Source: Candidatus Krumholzibacteriia bacterium (GTDB lineage Bacteria; Krumholzibacteriota; Krumholzibacteriia; JAJRXK01). Taken from it: a stretch of DNA of 64,000 nt. The notes beneath the pieces are model-generated. The model saw nothing but the letters and a program-made list of their open reading frames with translations. It did no database searches and was not told the origin of the DNA. Location: contig DATFKK010000036.1 of NCBI GenBank assembly GCA_035268685.1, forward strand, positions 5,510 to 69,509, written 5' to 3'. Shown in pieces: positions 27,063-39,916 of this stretch (the stretch's first letter is position 1; every line of letters starts with the position of its first letter). A program made the translations under genes and the position numbers.

Positions 27063-29333
27063 CTAGCGCTCGAAACCGATCCGCAGCGTGTCCTGTTTCA
27101 GCCGTTTGGCCATCTGCTCGTACTGGGCCTCGGTCTCGGCCGTGACCGAGGGCACGGTCTCCTCGATCGCGGCGAGGAATTCCTCGTGGCCGACACGCTC
27201 GGCCCGTGGATCGGTACGAAGTGCCAGCATGCCGGCACGGGTGCACACGCCTGCGATGTCGGCCCCACTGAATCGTGCCGTACGGGTGGTCAGATCATCC
27301 AGGTCGACGTCGTCGCCGACGTGCATGCCACGCAGCTGCGCCTCGAAGATCTTGCGCCGTTGCTCGGCGTCGGGCATCGGAACGTAGACCATCTCGTCGA
27401 GTCGGCCGGGGCGCAGCAGAGCCGGATCGACCCGGTCGGGGCGGTTGGTCGCGCCGAGGATGCACACGCCCTGAAGTTCCTCGACACCGTCGAGCTCGCT
27501 GAGAATCTGGTTGACCACGCGCTCGGTCACCGCGGGCTCCCCCAAGGACCCGCCACGCACCGGCGCCAGCGAGTCGAGCTCGTCGAAGAAGATCACGGCT
27601 GGCGCCACGTGCCGCGCACGCTGGAAGAGCTCTGCGATCTTCTTCTCGGACTCGCCGTACCACTTCGACAGCAGCGAACTGCCGCGTGCGGCGAGGAAAT
27701 TCGCCCCCGCCTGGTTGGCGACGGCCTTCGCCACCAGCGTCTTGCCCGTGCCCGGCGGCCCGTACAACAGGATCCCCTTCGGCGCGCGAATCCCCAACCG
27801 CAGGAACGCACCCGGATCCTGCAGCGGCAGCTCGACCATCTCGCTCAGCGCCCGCTTGACGTTCTCGAGCCCGCCGACGTCCTCCCAGGTGACACGCGGG
27901 ATCTCCACCATGACCTCGCGCAGCGCCGAGGGCTGGATCTCCTTGAAGGCCTCGTCGACATCGGCGTTGGTCACCTCGAGCTGCTCGAGCTTCTCGCTCG
28001 GAATGGTGTTCTGCTCGAGATCGAGTTCGGGAAGCATCCGGCGCAGCGTCTCCACGGCGGACTCGCGGGCCAATGCGCTGAGATCCGACCCCGTGTAACC
28101 GTGGGTGCGGGCTGCGATCCCCTCGAGGTCGACGTCCTCGTGCAGAGGCATGCCGCGCGTGTGGATCTGCAGGATCTGGAATCGGCCGTCCTGGTCGGGA
28201 ATCCCGGCCACGATCTCACGATCGAAGCGACCCGGGCGACGCAGGGCCTCGTCGACCGCGTCGATGCGGTTCGTGGCCCCGATCACCACGACGTTGCGTC
28301 GAGCCTTCAGTCCGTCCATCAGCGTGAGCAGCTGGGCGACGATCCGGCGCTCGGTCTCCCCGCTCACGTCACCCCGTTTCGGGGCGATCGAGTCCAGTTC
28401 GTCGATGAAGATGATCGCCGGGGCGTTCTTCTCGGCCTCTTCGAAGACCTGCCGCAGTCGTTCCTCCGACTCGCCGTAATGCTTGCCCATGATCTCGGGC
28501 CCGTTGACGACGGCGAAGTAGGAATCGGTCTCGTGGGCGACGGCCCGGGCCAGCAGGGTCTTGCCGGTTCCGGGTGGGCCGTGCAGCAGAACGCCCAGCG
28601 GAGGTTCGATACCGAGACGGTCGAAGAGCTCGGGGTGCCGCAACGGAAGTTCGATCATCTCGCGGACCTTGGCCACGGCGTGGTCCAGTCCGCCGATGTC
28701 GTCGTAGGTGATGACGTGGCCCTCGTCCTCGCGCACCTCGGTGTACTCGGGCGCGAGTTCGATCTCGGTCTCCGGGGTGACGCGCACCACGCCGCGGGGC
28801 TTGGTCGAAACCACGGTCAGCCGGATCTCCATGAGACCGAAGGCCGGCGATTCGAAGAAGTCGCGGAAGAAGTCGTCCCGGTAGCCGTCGGTGCCCACGC
28901 TCTGCCGTGGTCGCCGGAACACGCTCGTCGACACCAGGTCGCCCGACAGCACGGGACGGTGTAACAGAGTGGGGCGTAGGGCCTCGCCCGTGCCGGCCAC
29001 ACGCAGCCCCTTCTGGGCGGGCGCCACGACCACACGGGCAGCCGGACTCCACTCGGCCTCACGGATCTCGACATGCTCACCGATGCCGACACCGACGTTG
29101 TGCCGAGTGAGACCGTCCAGTCGCACGATCTCGAGTCCCACGTCCTCCTGCTCGACCGGAACGACGGTGGCGGCCGTGAGATGCTTGCCCTCGACCTCGA
29201 CCACGTCCCCGCGCTCGAGGCCGAGTGCCCGCATGCTCTCGGGTCCCAATCGGACGATTCCCTTGCCGACGTCGTTCTGGCGCATCTCCGCGACCTTCAG
29301 ACGGATCGCGTTCTGCGTCTGCTGGGGGGACAT
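27063..29333 (-). CDS. CDC48/VCP-like AAA+ ATPase (N-domain + two AAA domains).
   Basis: Two Walker A motifs (GPPGTGKT twice), two Walker B motifs (IIFIDELD, VIFFDELD), second-region-of-homology Arg residues, and a CDC48-N-like double-psi barrel N-terminus. Confidence 0.9.
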   Translation of the reverse strand: MSPQQTQNAIRLKVAEMRQNDVGKGIVRLGPESMRALGLERGDVVEVEGKHLTAATVVPVEQEDVGLEIVRLDGLTRHNVGVGIGEHVEIREAEWSPAARVVVAPAQKGLRVAGTGEALRPTLLHRPVLSGDLVSTSVFRRPRQSVGTDGYRDDFFRDFFESPAFGLMEIRLTVVSTKPRGVVRVTPETEIELAPEYTEVREDEGHVITYDDIGGLDHAVAKVREMIELPLRHPELFDRLGIEPPLGVLLHGPPGTGKTLLARAVAHETDSYFAVVNGPEIMGKHYGESEERLRQVFEEAEKNAPAIIFIDELDSIAPKRGDVSGETERRIVAQLLTLMDGLKARRNVVVIGATNRIDAVDEALRRPGRFDREIVAGIPDQDGRFQILQIHTRGMPLHEDVDLEGIAARTHGYTGSDLSALARESAVETLRRMLPELDLEQNTIPSEKLEQLEVTNADVDEAFKEIQPSALREVMVEIPRVTWEDVGGLENVKRALSEMVELPLQDPGAFLRLGIRAPKGILLYGPPGTGKTLVAKAVANQAGANFLAARGSSLLSKWYGESEKKIAELFQRARHVAPAVIFFDELDSLAPVRGGSLGEPAVTERVVNQILSELDGVEELQGVCILGATNRPDRVDPALLRPGRLDEMVYVPMPDAEQRRKIFEAQLRGMHVGDDVDLDDLTTRTARFSGADIAGVCTRAGMLALRTDPRAERVGHEEFLAAIEETVPSVTAETEAQYEQMAKRLKQDTLRIGFER

Positions 29334-29475
29334 GGCGGACCTCCTGGGGCTGCGCGGTAACGGTCGACAACATCGACCTTTCGCAGCAGAGGTACGCCAT
29401 CCGACCCGGATCAGGGGTCCGGGGAAATCCCGCCTCTGTCGTCATGGCCCCCCGGGGGGTGCGCGCGACGCCCGG

Positions 29476-29907
29476 TCACTCCCCGATCTGCACGACTTCG
29501 ACCTCGAAGTTCAAGGTCTCGCCCGCCAGCGGATGGTTGGCGTCGAGCACGACCGTGTCGTCGGTGACCGAGTCGACCTTCACCGGCACCGTCTGCCCCT
29601 GGGGCGTCTGCACCTGGAGCGGTGTGCCGATCTCGAGCGGGATGTCGTCGGGGATGTTGCTGCGCGGCACGGCCTGCTTCGCGTCCGGATTGATGTGGCC
29701 GTAGGCCTCCTCCGGCGGAACCGTGACCTTCTTCGTCTCGCCCTCGCTCATGCCCGGCAGTGCGCTGTCGAGTCCCGGGATGATCTGTCCCGACCCCACC
29801 TCGAACTGCAGCGGGTCGCGCTCGCGCGAGCTGTCGAAGACGGTCCCGTCCTCGAGCGTTCCCGTGTAATGGATGCTGACGGTGTCGCCCGTCTTGACCT
29901 GTTCCAT
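29476..29907 (-). CDS. FKBP-type peptidyl-prolyl cis-trans isomerase (SlyD-like).
   Basis: 143 aa with GDTVSIHYTGTLEDGTVFDSS and LQFEVGSGQIIPGLD FKBP motifs plus an IF-like insert. Confidence 0.9.
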   Translation of the reverse strand: MEQVKTGDTVSIHYTGTLEDGTVFDSSRERDPLQFEVGSGQIIPGLDSALPGMSEGETKKVTVPPEEAYGHINPDAKQAVPRSNIPDDIPLEIGTPLQVQTPQGQTVPVKVDSVTDDTVVLDANHPLAGETLNFEVEVVQIGE

Positions 29908-30234
29908 GGCGTCTCCAATGCGCGTGCGTGCTGGGGGTCCGGGTCGCCGGGACCGCGGATCGACCGGGGACGGACCCGCTGCGGGTCAGGCAGGGTAACA
30001 CGAGAGTTCGTCGTGTAAAGGCGACCCCGGAAGTTCGTCCGGAAGGGCCGGGGGCGATGAATGGGGGAAGACCCCAGGCCGGGGAGCACTCGCGCGGCGG
30101 TGGTCGGATCCGCGAACGAGCCCGAGATCACACCTCCGCCATCGGCGCTCTCCGGTTCGGCCCACGCGACTGGAGCTGGAACTCGGACCGGGAAGCCGGC
30201 CGACGGCGTGCTCCGTGTCGGACTTCCGATCGTG

Positions 30235-30702
30235 TCACTGCAACACGCCACGCACCCGCATCGCCCGTGCATACAGCCACAGGAACACCGCGACCACGAC
30301 GATCACCGCGCTGAAGGCGATCATCTGGGATCCGCCCATGAGCTCCCATGCGCCGCTGACCGAGGTCCGGACCGTATTGACCAGCAGTGCGATCAATGCC
30401 ACCAGGAACACCGGCTCCGCGAGCTTCTTACGAAGCAGCAACAACACCGATCCGAGCACGGCACCCCAGATGGCGATCGCCCAGACCGACGTGGCCCAGA
30501 CCGGGAACCCCTCGTAGTAGGCGAGTTGCTCCGCGGTGAGTTCGGCCGTGTAGGCCGCGTTCCCGGTCTGGATCATGAGGTAGTCGTAGGCGCCGAAGCC
30601 GTTCCACAACAGGGCGAGGACACCGACGATCCAGAGGTGCACGGGAGTCGGGCGGCCGGGTCCGGCCGCTCCGGGACGAGGTTCCTTCGCTTCGGACACG
30701 GG
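30235..30702 (-). CDS. Small integral membrane protein (4 TM segments), unknown function.
   Basis: The track ORF was trimmed to an internal GTG at 30702 preceded by GGAGG at 6 nt (revcomp of 30709-30713). MSEAKEPRPG then HLWIVGVLALLW. Confidence 0.5.
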   Translation of the reverse strand, partial: PVSEAKEPRPGAAGPGRPTPVHLWIVGVLALLWNGFGAYDYLMIQTGNAAYTAELTAEQLAYYEGFPVWATSVWAIAIWGAVLGSVLLLLRKKLAEPVFLVALIALLVNTVRTSVSGAWELMGGSQMIAFSAVIVVVAVFLWLYARAMRVRGVLQ

Positions 30703-30887
30703 AGACCTCCGGTCGAGCACGCAGGTGGGCGCGAGATTTCGTTCGGGAACATCGAAGTCCCGGAACGGGATCATCCGATGAACCGAACGAATTCGTCAAT
30801 GGCTCCGGTGCGGACGACCATCGCGGGGCTTCGCTCCGGCCGAACGTCTGCTAGACTGCTCGACAGCCCGCGTCGGGAGTGGTGTCC

Positions 30888-31409
30888 ATGCGTCCGTCCG
30901 TCGTCCTGCGTACATCCCGCTTGCGTCTGCGCCGTCTGCAGCCCGACGACGTCGACTGGATGGTCCATCTACACGCCGATCCGAAGGTCATGCGTCAGAT
31001 CCGCCCTCCCGACGACCGTGAGGCGACGGAACGAAGAATCACGGAGCTGCTCGAGGAGCAGTCCAGGGATCCGCGCTTCGGCGTCTTCCCCGCCGAGGCC
31101 ACACGGACGTCCGAGGTCGTCGGATGGTTCGTGCTCAGCCCTCTCGAGAACGGGCCGGAGATCGAACTGGGCTACCGTCTCTTCCCCGAGCACTGGGGCC
31201 GCGGCTACGCCACCGAGGGCGCCCGTGCACTCGCCCGGCACGCATTCGAGACGATCGGCCTCGAACGCCTGGTGGCGGTCACGCGCGAGGACAACGAAGC
31301 CTCGATCCGCGTGCTCGAGAAGATCGGCTTCGTCCGCGCCGGCATGCGTCATGTCTACGGGGCCGATCTCGTCGTGTTCGAGGCCACCCCCGACCAGATC
31401 CACACCTGA
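30888..31409 (+). CDS. GNAT family N-acetyltransferase (RimJ/RimL-like).
   Basis: LRLRRLQPDDVDWM, GYRLFPEHWGRGYATEGARAL acetyl-CoA binding motif. ATG 30888 with GGGAG 8 nt upstream. Confidence 0.85.
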   Translation: MRPSVVLRTSRLRLRRLQPDDVDWMVHLHADPKVMRQIRPPDDREATERRITELLEEQSRDPRFGVFPAEATRTSEVVGWFVLSPLENGPEIELGYRLFPEHWGRGYATEGARALARHAFETIGLERLVAVTREDNEASIRVLEKIGFVRAGMRHVYGADLVVFEATPDQIHT

Positions 31410-31562
31410 AGGGTACCGCTGCCACCGATCCCGAGCCGGGATCCAGAGCGGTGACGCCCGGCACGGTTGGTGCTAGGTTCCAGGCTCCCGAACCACCACG
31501 GACCCTTGCGCCCCGACGACGGTCCCGGTCCGTGGACGTACCCCATGATCCCGGAGGAATCC

Positions 31563-32432
31563 ATGCGCATGCGCACGCTCGGGTCGCTGTCGGCGACCCT
31601 TCTCCTGAGTGGAACGATCCTGCTCGCCGGTTGCGGTGACGACGACGACGGTGGCACCGGTCCCACCGGAGGCAACGACGCCGACGTCCCCCAGGGTGTC
31701 GCCGAGGAGCAGGTCGGAACCACCGTCGAGCTCGCGACCGATCTGGTCGTCTCGGTCCAGGACCTGGCGACCAACGGGAGCAGCGCCCTCACCGGATTCG
31801 GCGGAGGCTTCTTCCCCTTCGAGAAGGCAGCGGCCGACGACCCGACCGAGTCGAGGACCTATGACGACCAGTCCGGACAGTGGAACTACACCTACGTCGA
31901 GAGCTTCGCCGAAGGTGGGTCGTCGTCCTCGATCGACATGACGGGGACCCTTCGGTTCCTCGACGCCATGGCGAATCCCCAACAGGAGCCCGACGCCTCG
32001 ACCACATCGATGAGTTACGACCTCGACGCCGTGTTCGGCTTCGACCTCAGCTTCACCGATCAGGGTGGCAACACGACGACGACCACGCTCGACATGGACT
32101 ACACCGCCCAGACCACCGTGACCGGCCTCGACTCGTCGATCCTCCGCGTGGACAGCAGCGGATCGCAGGTCGTGAGCACGTCGACCGACACCGGACAGGG
32201 AGCGAGCTCCTACGACTTCTCCATGGATTGGGACATGAACGTGGATGCACCCACCACGCCCGGTGGTTGCCCGACCGGCACCGTCACGTTCGACTTCGCC
32301 CAGTGGTCCGTGGCCGTCACCTACGACGGCTCGCCCAGCGCGTCGTGGCAGATGCTCGACAACGGCGTGCCCGTGGCGGACGGCAGCGAGACGCTGCCCT
32401 GTGGCGGGATCACCTCGGCGTCGATCGACTGA
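31563..32432 (+). CDS. Hypothetical lipoprotein (Thr/Ser/Asp-rich).
   Basis: ATG 31563 with GGAGG 5 nt upstream. MRMRTLGSLSATLLLSGTILLAGCGDDDD lipobox. Confidence 0.65.
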   Translation: MRMRTLGSLSATLLLSGTILLAGCGDDDDGGTGPTGGNDADVPQGVAEEQVGTTVELATDLVVSVQDLATNGSSALTGFGGGFFPFEKAAADDPTESRTYDDQSGQWNYTYVESFAEGGSSSSIDMTGTLRFLDAMANPQQEPDASTTSMSYDLDAVFGFDLSFTDQGGNTTTTTLDMDYTAQTTVTGLDSSILRVDSSGSQVVSTSTDTGQGASSYDFSMDWDMNVDAPTTPGGCPTGTVTFDFAQWSVAVTYDGSPSASWQMLDNGVPVADGSETLPCGGITSASID

Positions 32433-32519
32433 TCCCCGGGCCGCGGCCCCGTGTCACGCGGCCCGGGATCGGCGATTCCCGGGCCGCGGACGCGCCCTTC
32501 GCGCGTTCACGCATCCTCT

Positions 32520-33357
32520 TCAGCGCAGCAACACGACCTTGCGCGTCCGCGAGACCTCGTCCGCACCTACCCGCACGAGATAGGTCCCGGACGCGACAGG
32601 TCGACCGTGTAGGAGCGGGCGACACCATCGGCGATCACCGGGACCTCGATCGCCCGGCCACTACCGAAACTCTCTCCCGGGGCGGCGAAGAACAGTTGCG
32701 CTCGATCGTCGCCGGTCCGGTGCGCTGCCCGGATCTCGATCGCCGGAACGAGCTCGGCCTTCCAGTGCGCCGGCGGCAGGATCACCTGCGGGTCGGGCGC
32801 GTCGAGACGCAGGGTCCACGCCCCGCCGTAGGGCGGTGCGTCGTCGCTCAGGTTGCGCGGCACGCAGTGCTGCCGGTCGTGTCGGGCCGCGCGCTCACCA
32901 ACCGGTTGCGCACGTTCACCCGGTTGGCCTCGAGCGTGATCCACTGTTCCATGGTGCAGGCGGTGTCGACGTCGTCGAGCGCCCACTGCTTGGGCACGCT
33001 CTTCACGTACAGGGTGTCGTTGCGGGTCCACGGCTCCAGCGTGGTCGACGCGTTCCGGTACACCGAACCCGCCTGCACGGGATTCCAGCCCCATCCCGCG
33101 TAGGCCGGATGTTGGCGCGTACCGTCGGGCAGGTAGGGATCGGGCCCCGAGTAGTAGGACTGCTGCACGTAACGGCCCAGGTCGCGGATGTTCACCACGT
33201 TGCGCGACGATCCGCTCTCGCCGAGGTGCGAGATGGCACCCCCGCGCGAGAGGTCGGCGCCCACGCGGACGACACCGTTGTCCAGGTATTCGACCTGCGC
33301 ACCCGCAGGCACGCCGACGAGGACACAGAGGGCCAGAACCACGAATCTCGAGACCAT
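32520..33357 (-). pseudogene. Secreted protein with a FlgD-Ig-like C-terminal sorting-type domain, apparently interrupted by two frameshifts (possibly sequencing or assembly errors).
   Basis: Frame A runs from ATG 33357 (MVSRFVVLALCVLVGVPAGAQV signal) to a stop at 32848. Frame B continues with protein-like sequence (...RNLSDDAPPYGGAWTLRLDAPDPQVILPPAHWKAEL...VDLSRPGP). Frame C ends GRPVASGTYLVRVGADEVSRTRKVVLLR*, close to the C-terminus of the 60255..61625 protein (GRPAASGIYRARL...TLVR). Confidence 0.45.
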
Positions 33358-33413
33358 GTGACAGCACTCGGGGGACGAAGCAGAACACGATCCTACCACG
33401 AATCCGACCCAGG

Positions 33414-36505
<3,092 letters not shown>

Positions 36506-36509
<4 letters not shown>

Positions 36510-37666
36510 GACGACTCCTCGGCGGTGCGCAGCGGGGCCCCGTCGACGACGGTGGTGAGATTCGTGGTGACCACCCGGTCTCCGTCCTCGAGTCCTTCGC
36601 TCACGTAGACGTACTGCTGGTCGCGCACCTCGATCCGGACGTCACGGACGTCGAGTGCTCCGTCCTGCATCACCCACACGGTGTCGTCCGCGCGCAGGTA
36701 CTCGCGCGGAAGACGGACCGCTCCCTCGACGGGCCGGCCCTCGATCCGTGCCTCGACGAAGGAGCCGAGGATCAGCGGCCGACGATCCGCGTCGCCGTCT
36801 TCGCGCACGAGTGGGTCGTCGACCGTCACCAGCACCCGCGCGAGACGCGTGCGGCCCTCCAGCGAGCCGATCAGCCGATGCAGACGGCCTTCGCGGAACG
36901 CGCCCTCGGGCCACGCGGTGCGATTGCGCACCCGTACCCGCGCCCCGGCTTCGCCGTCCTCGGGGAAGCGCAGCCAGTCGAGCTTCGGCACGGGAACGGC
37001 CACGACGACCCAGTAGGTGTCGACACCCACCAACCGCGCCAGGGTGTCGCCCGGCCGCACGTGGGACCCGAGGTCGGCGGTGCGCTCGAGCACGTGGGCG
37101 TCGAAGGGCGCGAGCACCGTGGTGCGCTCGAGTTCCAGCTCGGCCTGTTCCAGCGCCGCGCGCGCGGCCTCGACCCGGGCGCGCGCGGTCTCGAGCTGGG
37201 GCTCGCGCAGCACCAGCGCCTCGTTGCCGGGCTCGAGTTCGGTGTCGAGCAGCTCGTAGTCCTGGCGCGCCACGTTCTGCCGCCCCATCTCGACGTCGAG
37301 GTCCGCCTGGGCCTGCGCCAGATCGCTACGCCGCTGCCGCACCTGGTTGCGGTAGTCGCTGGGATCGATGCGCACGAGCAACTCGCCCGCGTCGATGAAG
37401 CCCCCGGGCTCGAACGACGGTGCGACCTCCACGATCTGCCCCTCGATCCGCGGGGCCGCCACGACGTCGCGCGCCGGCTCGACCACCCCGGTGACCACGA
37501 CCGTGGGGCGATAGGTCCCCCGACGGACCTCGAGCAGATCGACGAGCATCGCCGTCTGCTTCGTGGCTCCTTCGCGCTTCGCCTCGGGTTCGGTGGCGAA
37601 GAGGATGGCAATCGCACCGGCCCCCGCCGCGACGATCGCCACGCAGATGATCAGGGTCCTCTTCAT
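36506..37666 (-). CDS. RND efflux periplasmic adaptor subunit (HlyD/MFP family).
   Basis: N-terminal TM/signal, coiled-coil hairpin ([30 protein letters not shown]...) and a beta-barrel/MP domain. Its start overlaps the OMF gene's stop (ATGA). Confidence 0.9.
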
Positions 37667-39066
37667 CGGCTCTGCCCTTCCTGGGCGTCGGGAACTCGTG
37701 GATCGTGGATGGGCCCCGCGAGCGCGCGGTACAGGGCGATGCGCGTCTCCAGACGTGCGCGCTGCACGGCCAGTCGGGCCCGGCGGAGCTCCTGCGTCTC
37801 GGTCAGGGCCGTGAGGACGTCGAGATAGCCGCCGAGACCGTTCAGGTACTGGCTGCGCAGCTGCTCGTAGGACTGCACGGCCAGTTCGATCTGCCGGTCG
37901 AGGCTGCGGATCCGCTCCGACTGCTTCTGCTCGAGGACCAGCGCGTCCTCGACCTCGCGGAAGGCCTCGAGAACGGCCTGAACGTAGTCGAACAGGCGTT
38001 GGGCGCGGACGGCATCGGTCCGCTCGACCTCGGCTCGGAGCGCCCCACCGCGGAAGATCGGCGCCAACAGGTCCCCCGCGAGCCGCGCGATCCAGTCTTC
38101 GAACAGACCGGACGGCTCCGATGCAGTCGTGGTGATCGAAGCGGTGAGATCGATCCGGGGATACCGCTCACGGATCGCCGTGGCGAGATCGCGATCGGCC
38201 GCCTGCACGTCGAACCAGGCGCGGCGCACGTCGGGCCGGCGCTCGACCAGCGCGGCCGGAACGCCCGTGGCCGGGAGCGGTGGCAGAGCCGGCAGCTCGA
38301 CCGTTCCCGTTGCCATCGCACTGCCGGCCGGCCGTCCGAGCAGCACCGCGAGCGCATGCTCCGACGTGCGCAGGCGACCCTCGGCCTCATGGATCCGCTC
38401 CCGCGTGGACTCCACGAGCTGACGTTGGCGCAGGACGTCCACGCTACGGATCCGGCCGCTGCCGAAGCGAGCCCCGAGCAACTCCAGCACGGCGACGTTC
38501 GTCTCCTCCTGCCGACGCAGGAGATCCACCTGACTGCGGGCCTCCACCACGCGACACCACGTCGACGCGACCTCCGCCGCCACGACGTGTTCCACCGCGC
38601 GCAGGTCGGCCCGGACGGCGGCCGCGCGGAAGCGATCGGCCTCGACCGAGGCGTCGACCGCACCGAAGAGATCGAGTTCGTAGCTCGATCGGAGACCGAG
38701 CGACATCTCCTCGCCGAAGACGAATCCCTCGCCTTCGCGCAGCTCACCCGTCGCGGTGGCGTCCAGCGAGGGAAGACGCCGGGCGGATTCGATTCCCAGA
38801 ACGGCATCGGCCTCGCGAATCCGTTCCCGTGCAGTCCGGACGTCGAGGTTCGATTCGAGAGCGCTGTCGACCAGCGAGTCGAGGGCCGTGGCTCCGAAGT
38901 CGGTCCACCAGCGGGCGGAAGGGGGCTCCGCGCCGGTCCGCGCGAAGCGCTCGGGGGCGCTCACGCCGGTGTCGACGGGCGTCGGCGAGGGTCCGCACGC
39001 AGCCAGGAGGGCGATCCACAGCAGTGCGGTGGTGCGGCGCGGGGCGCGGGAAGGCATCGTCGGCAT
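37663..39066 (-). CDS. Efflux outer-membrane factor lipoprotein (TolC/NodT family).
   Basis: Trimmed to MPTMPSRAPRRTTALLWIALLAACGPSP (lipobox). Two TolC-type repeat halves with long helical segments. Confidence 0.85.
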   Translation of the reverse strand: MPTMPSRAPRRTTALLWIALLAACGPSPTPVDTGVSAPERFARTGAEPPSARWWTDFGATALDSLVDSALESNLDVRTARERIREADAVLGIESARRLPSLDATATGELREGEGFVFGEEMSLGLRSSYELDLFGAVDASVEADRFRAAAVRADLRAVEHVVAAEVASTWCRVVEARSQVDLLRRQEETNVAVLELLGARFGSGRIRSVDVLRQRQLVESTRERIHEAEGRLRTSEHALAVLLGRPAGSAMATGTVELPALPPLPATGVPAALVERRPDVRRAWFDVQAADRDLATAIRERYPRIDLTASITTTASEPSGLFEDWIARLAGDLLAPIFRGGALRAEVERTDAVRAQRLFDYVQAVLEAFREVEDALVLEQKQSERIRSLDRQIELAVQSYEQLRSQYLNGLGGYLDVLTALTETQELRRARLAVQRARLETRIALYRALAGPIHDPRVPDAQEGQSR

Positions 39067-39246
39067 TCGGCCGGGGACGGGAGAGTGCGACCCGCACATC
39101 ATAGCGGGAAGTGCGCGTTCGTCATATCCGACACGACTCGGACCGTGACCCCGCCGCCAACGAGAACACCCGGCCACCTCACGGCGACCGGGCGTCTCTT
39201 TCGGACTCGGCGGAACCGGGGCGACGGCCCGGACCGCGTCGTTCAC

Positions 39247-39699
39247 TCAGTCCTTCGCGTGGCAGTCGTTGCAACGCGTCGGCGCGGCGTAAGCCTCTTC
39301 GCCCGTGTCCATGTCCTTGTGGCAACCCACACAGCTGATGTGGTAGGCGTTCTTCTTGAGACTCATCGACGAGCAGTCGGGCACACCGTCCCCGGCGGGC
39401 TCGAAGTGGCACGACACGCAGGTCTCGACCTCGGTCTCGGCGACGTTCTCGAGCGTCAGGCCTTCGGTCGTGTGGTGGCAGGTGACGCAGTCGCTGACTT
39501 CGAAGTGGGCCGTGTGCGGGAACTCCACGAGCCCCTTCTTCTCGCCACAGCCGTCGAGGGTCATGACGTCCGGCAGACCGCCCTCTTCTTCTTCGGCAGC
39601 ATTGGCCGGCACGTAGGTCGCGCCCCAGACGAGGGCGAACACGGCGGCGACGGCGAGACATGCGAAAGCCGCGGTGCGGATACCTCTGGAATCGATCAT
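39247..39699 (-). CDS. Periplasmic tetraheme cytochrome c3 (class III).
   Basis: ATG 39699 with GGAGG 7 nt upstream. Signal MIDSRGIRTAAFACLAVAAVFALVWG. Four CXXCH motifs (CVTCHH, CVSCH, CVGCH, CNDCH) in about 120 mature residues plus a bis-His ligand motif FPHTAHF. Confidence 0.8.
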   Translation of the reverse strand: MIDSRGIRTAAFACLAVAAVFALVWGATYVPANAAEEEEGGLPDVMTLDGCGEKKGLVEFPHTAHFEVSDCVTCHHTTEGLTLENVAETEVETCVSCHFEPAGDGVPDCSSMSLKKNAYHISCVGCHKDMDTGEEAYAAPTRCNDCHAKD

Positions 39700-39916
39700 G
39701 GTTGGTTCCTCCGAGTTCGGAAAGAGGGTCGCGGGTGCGAGATGAAAACGGTGATCAAAATCTTCCCGACCAACGCCGCGATCCTCGTTGAGCCTACGCT
39801 CAGATCGTGAAATTCCTAGAGTGAGGCTGTACCGATTCGGTGATCCGCACGGAAGTGACACGGGAAGATTCCGACATAACGTCAGGATTCCGTGAAGTGC
39901 GCCCGGTCTCCGATCG

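Noticed and set aside
32433-32519. Direct repeat cccgggccgcgg (x2) with GC hairpins between convergent genes
   Set aside because: Probably an intrinsic-terminator-like hairpin (gggccgcg...cgcggccc). Not long or periodic enough to be CRISPR or a mobile-element end.
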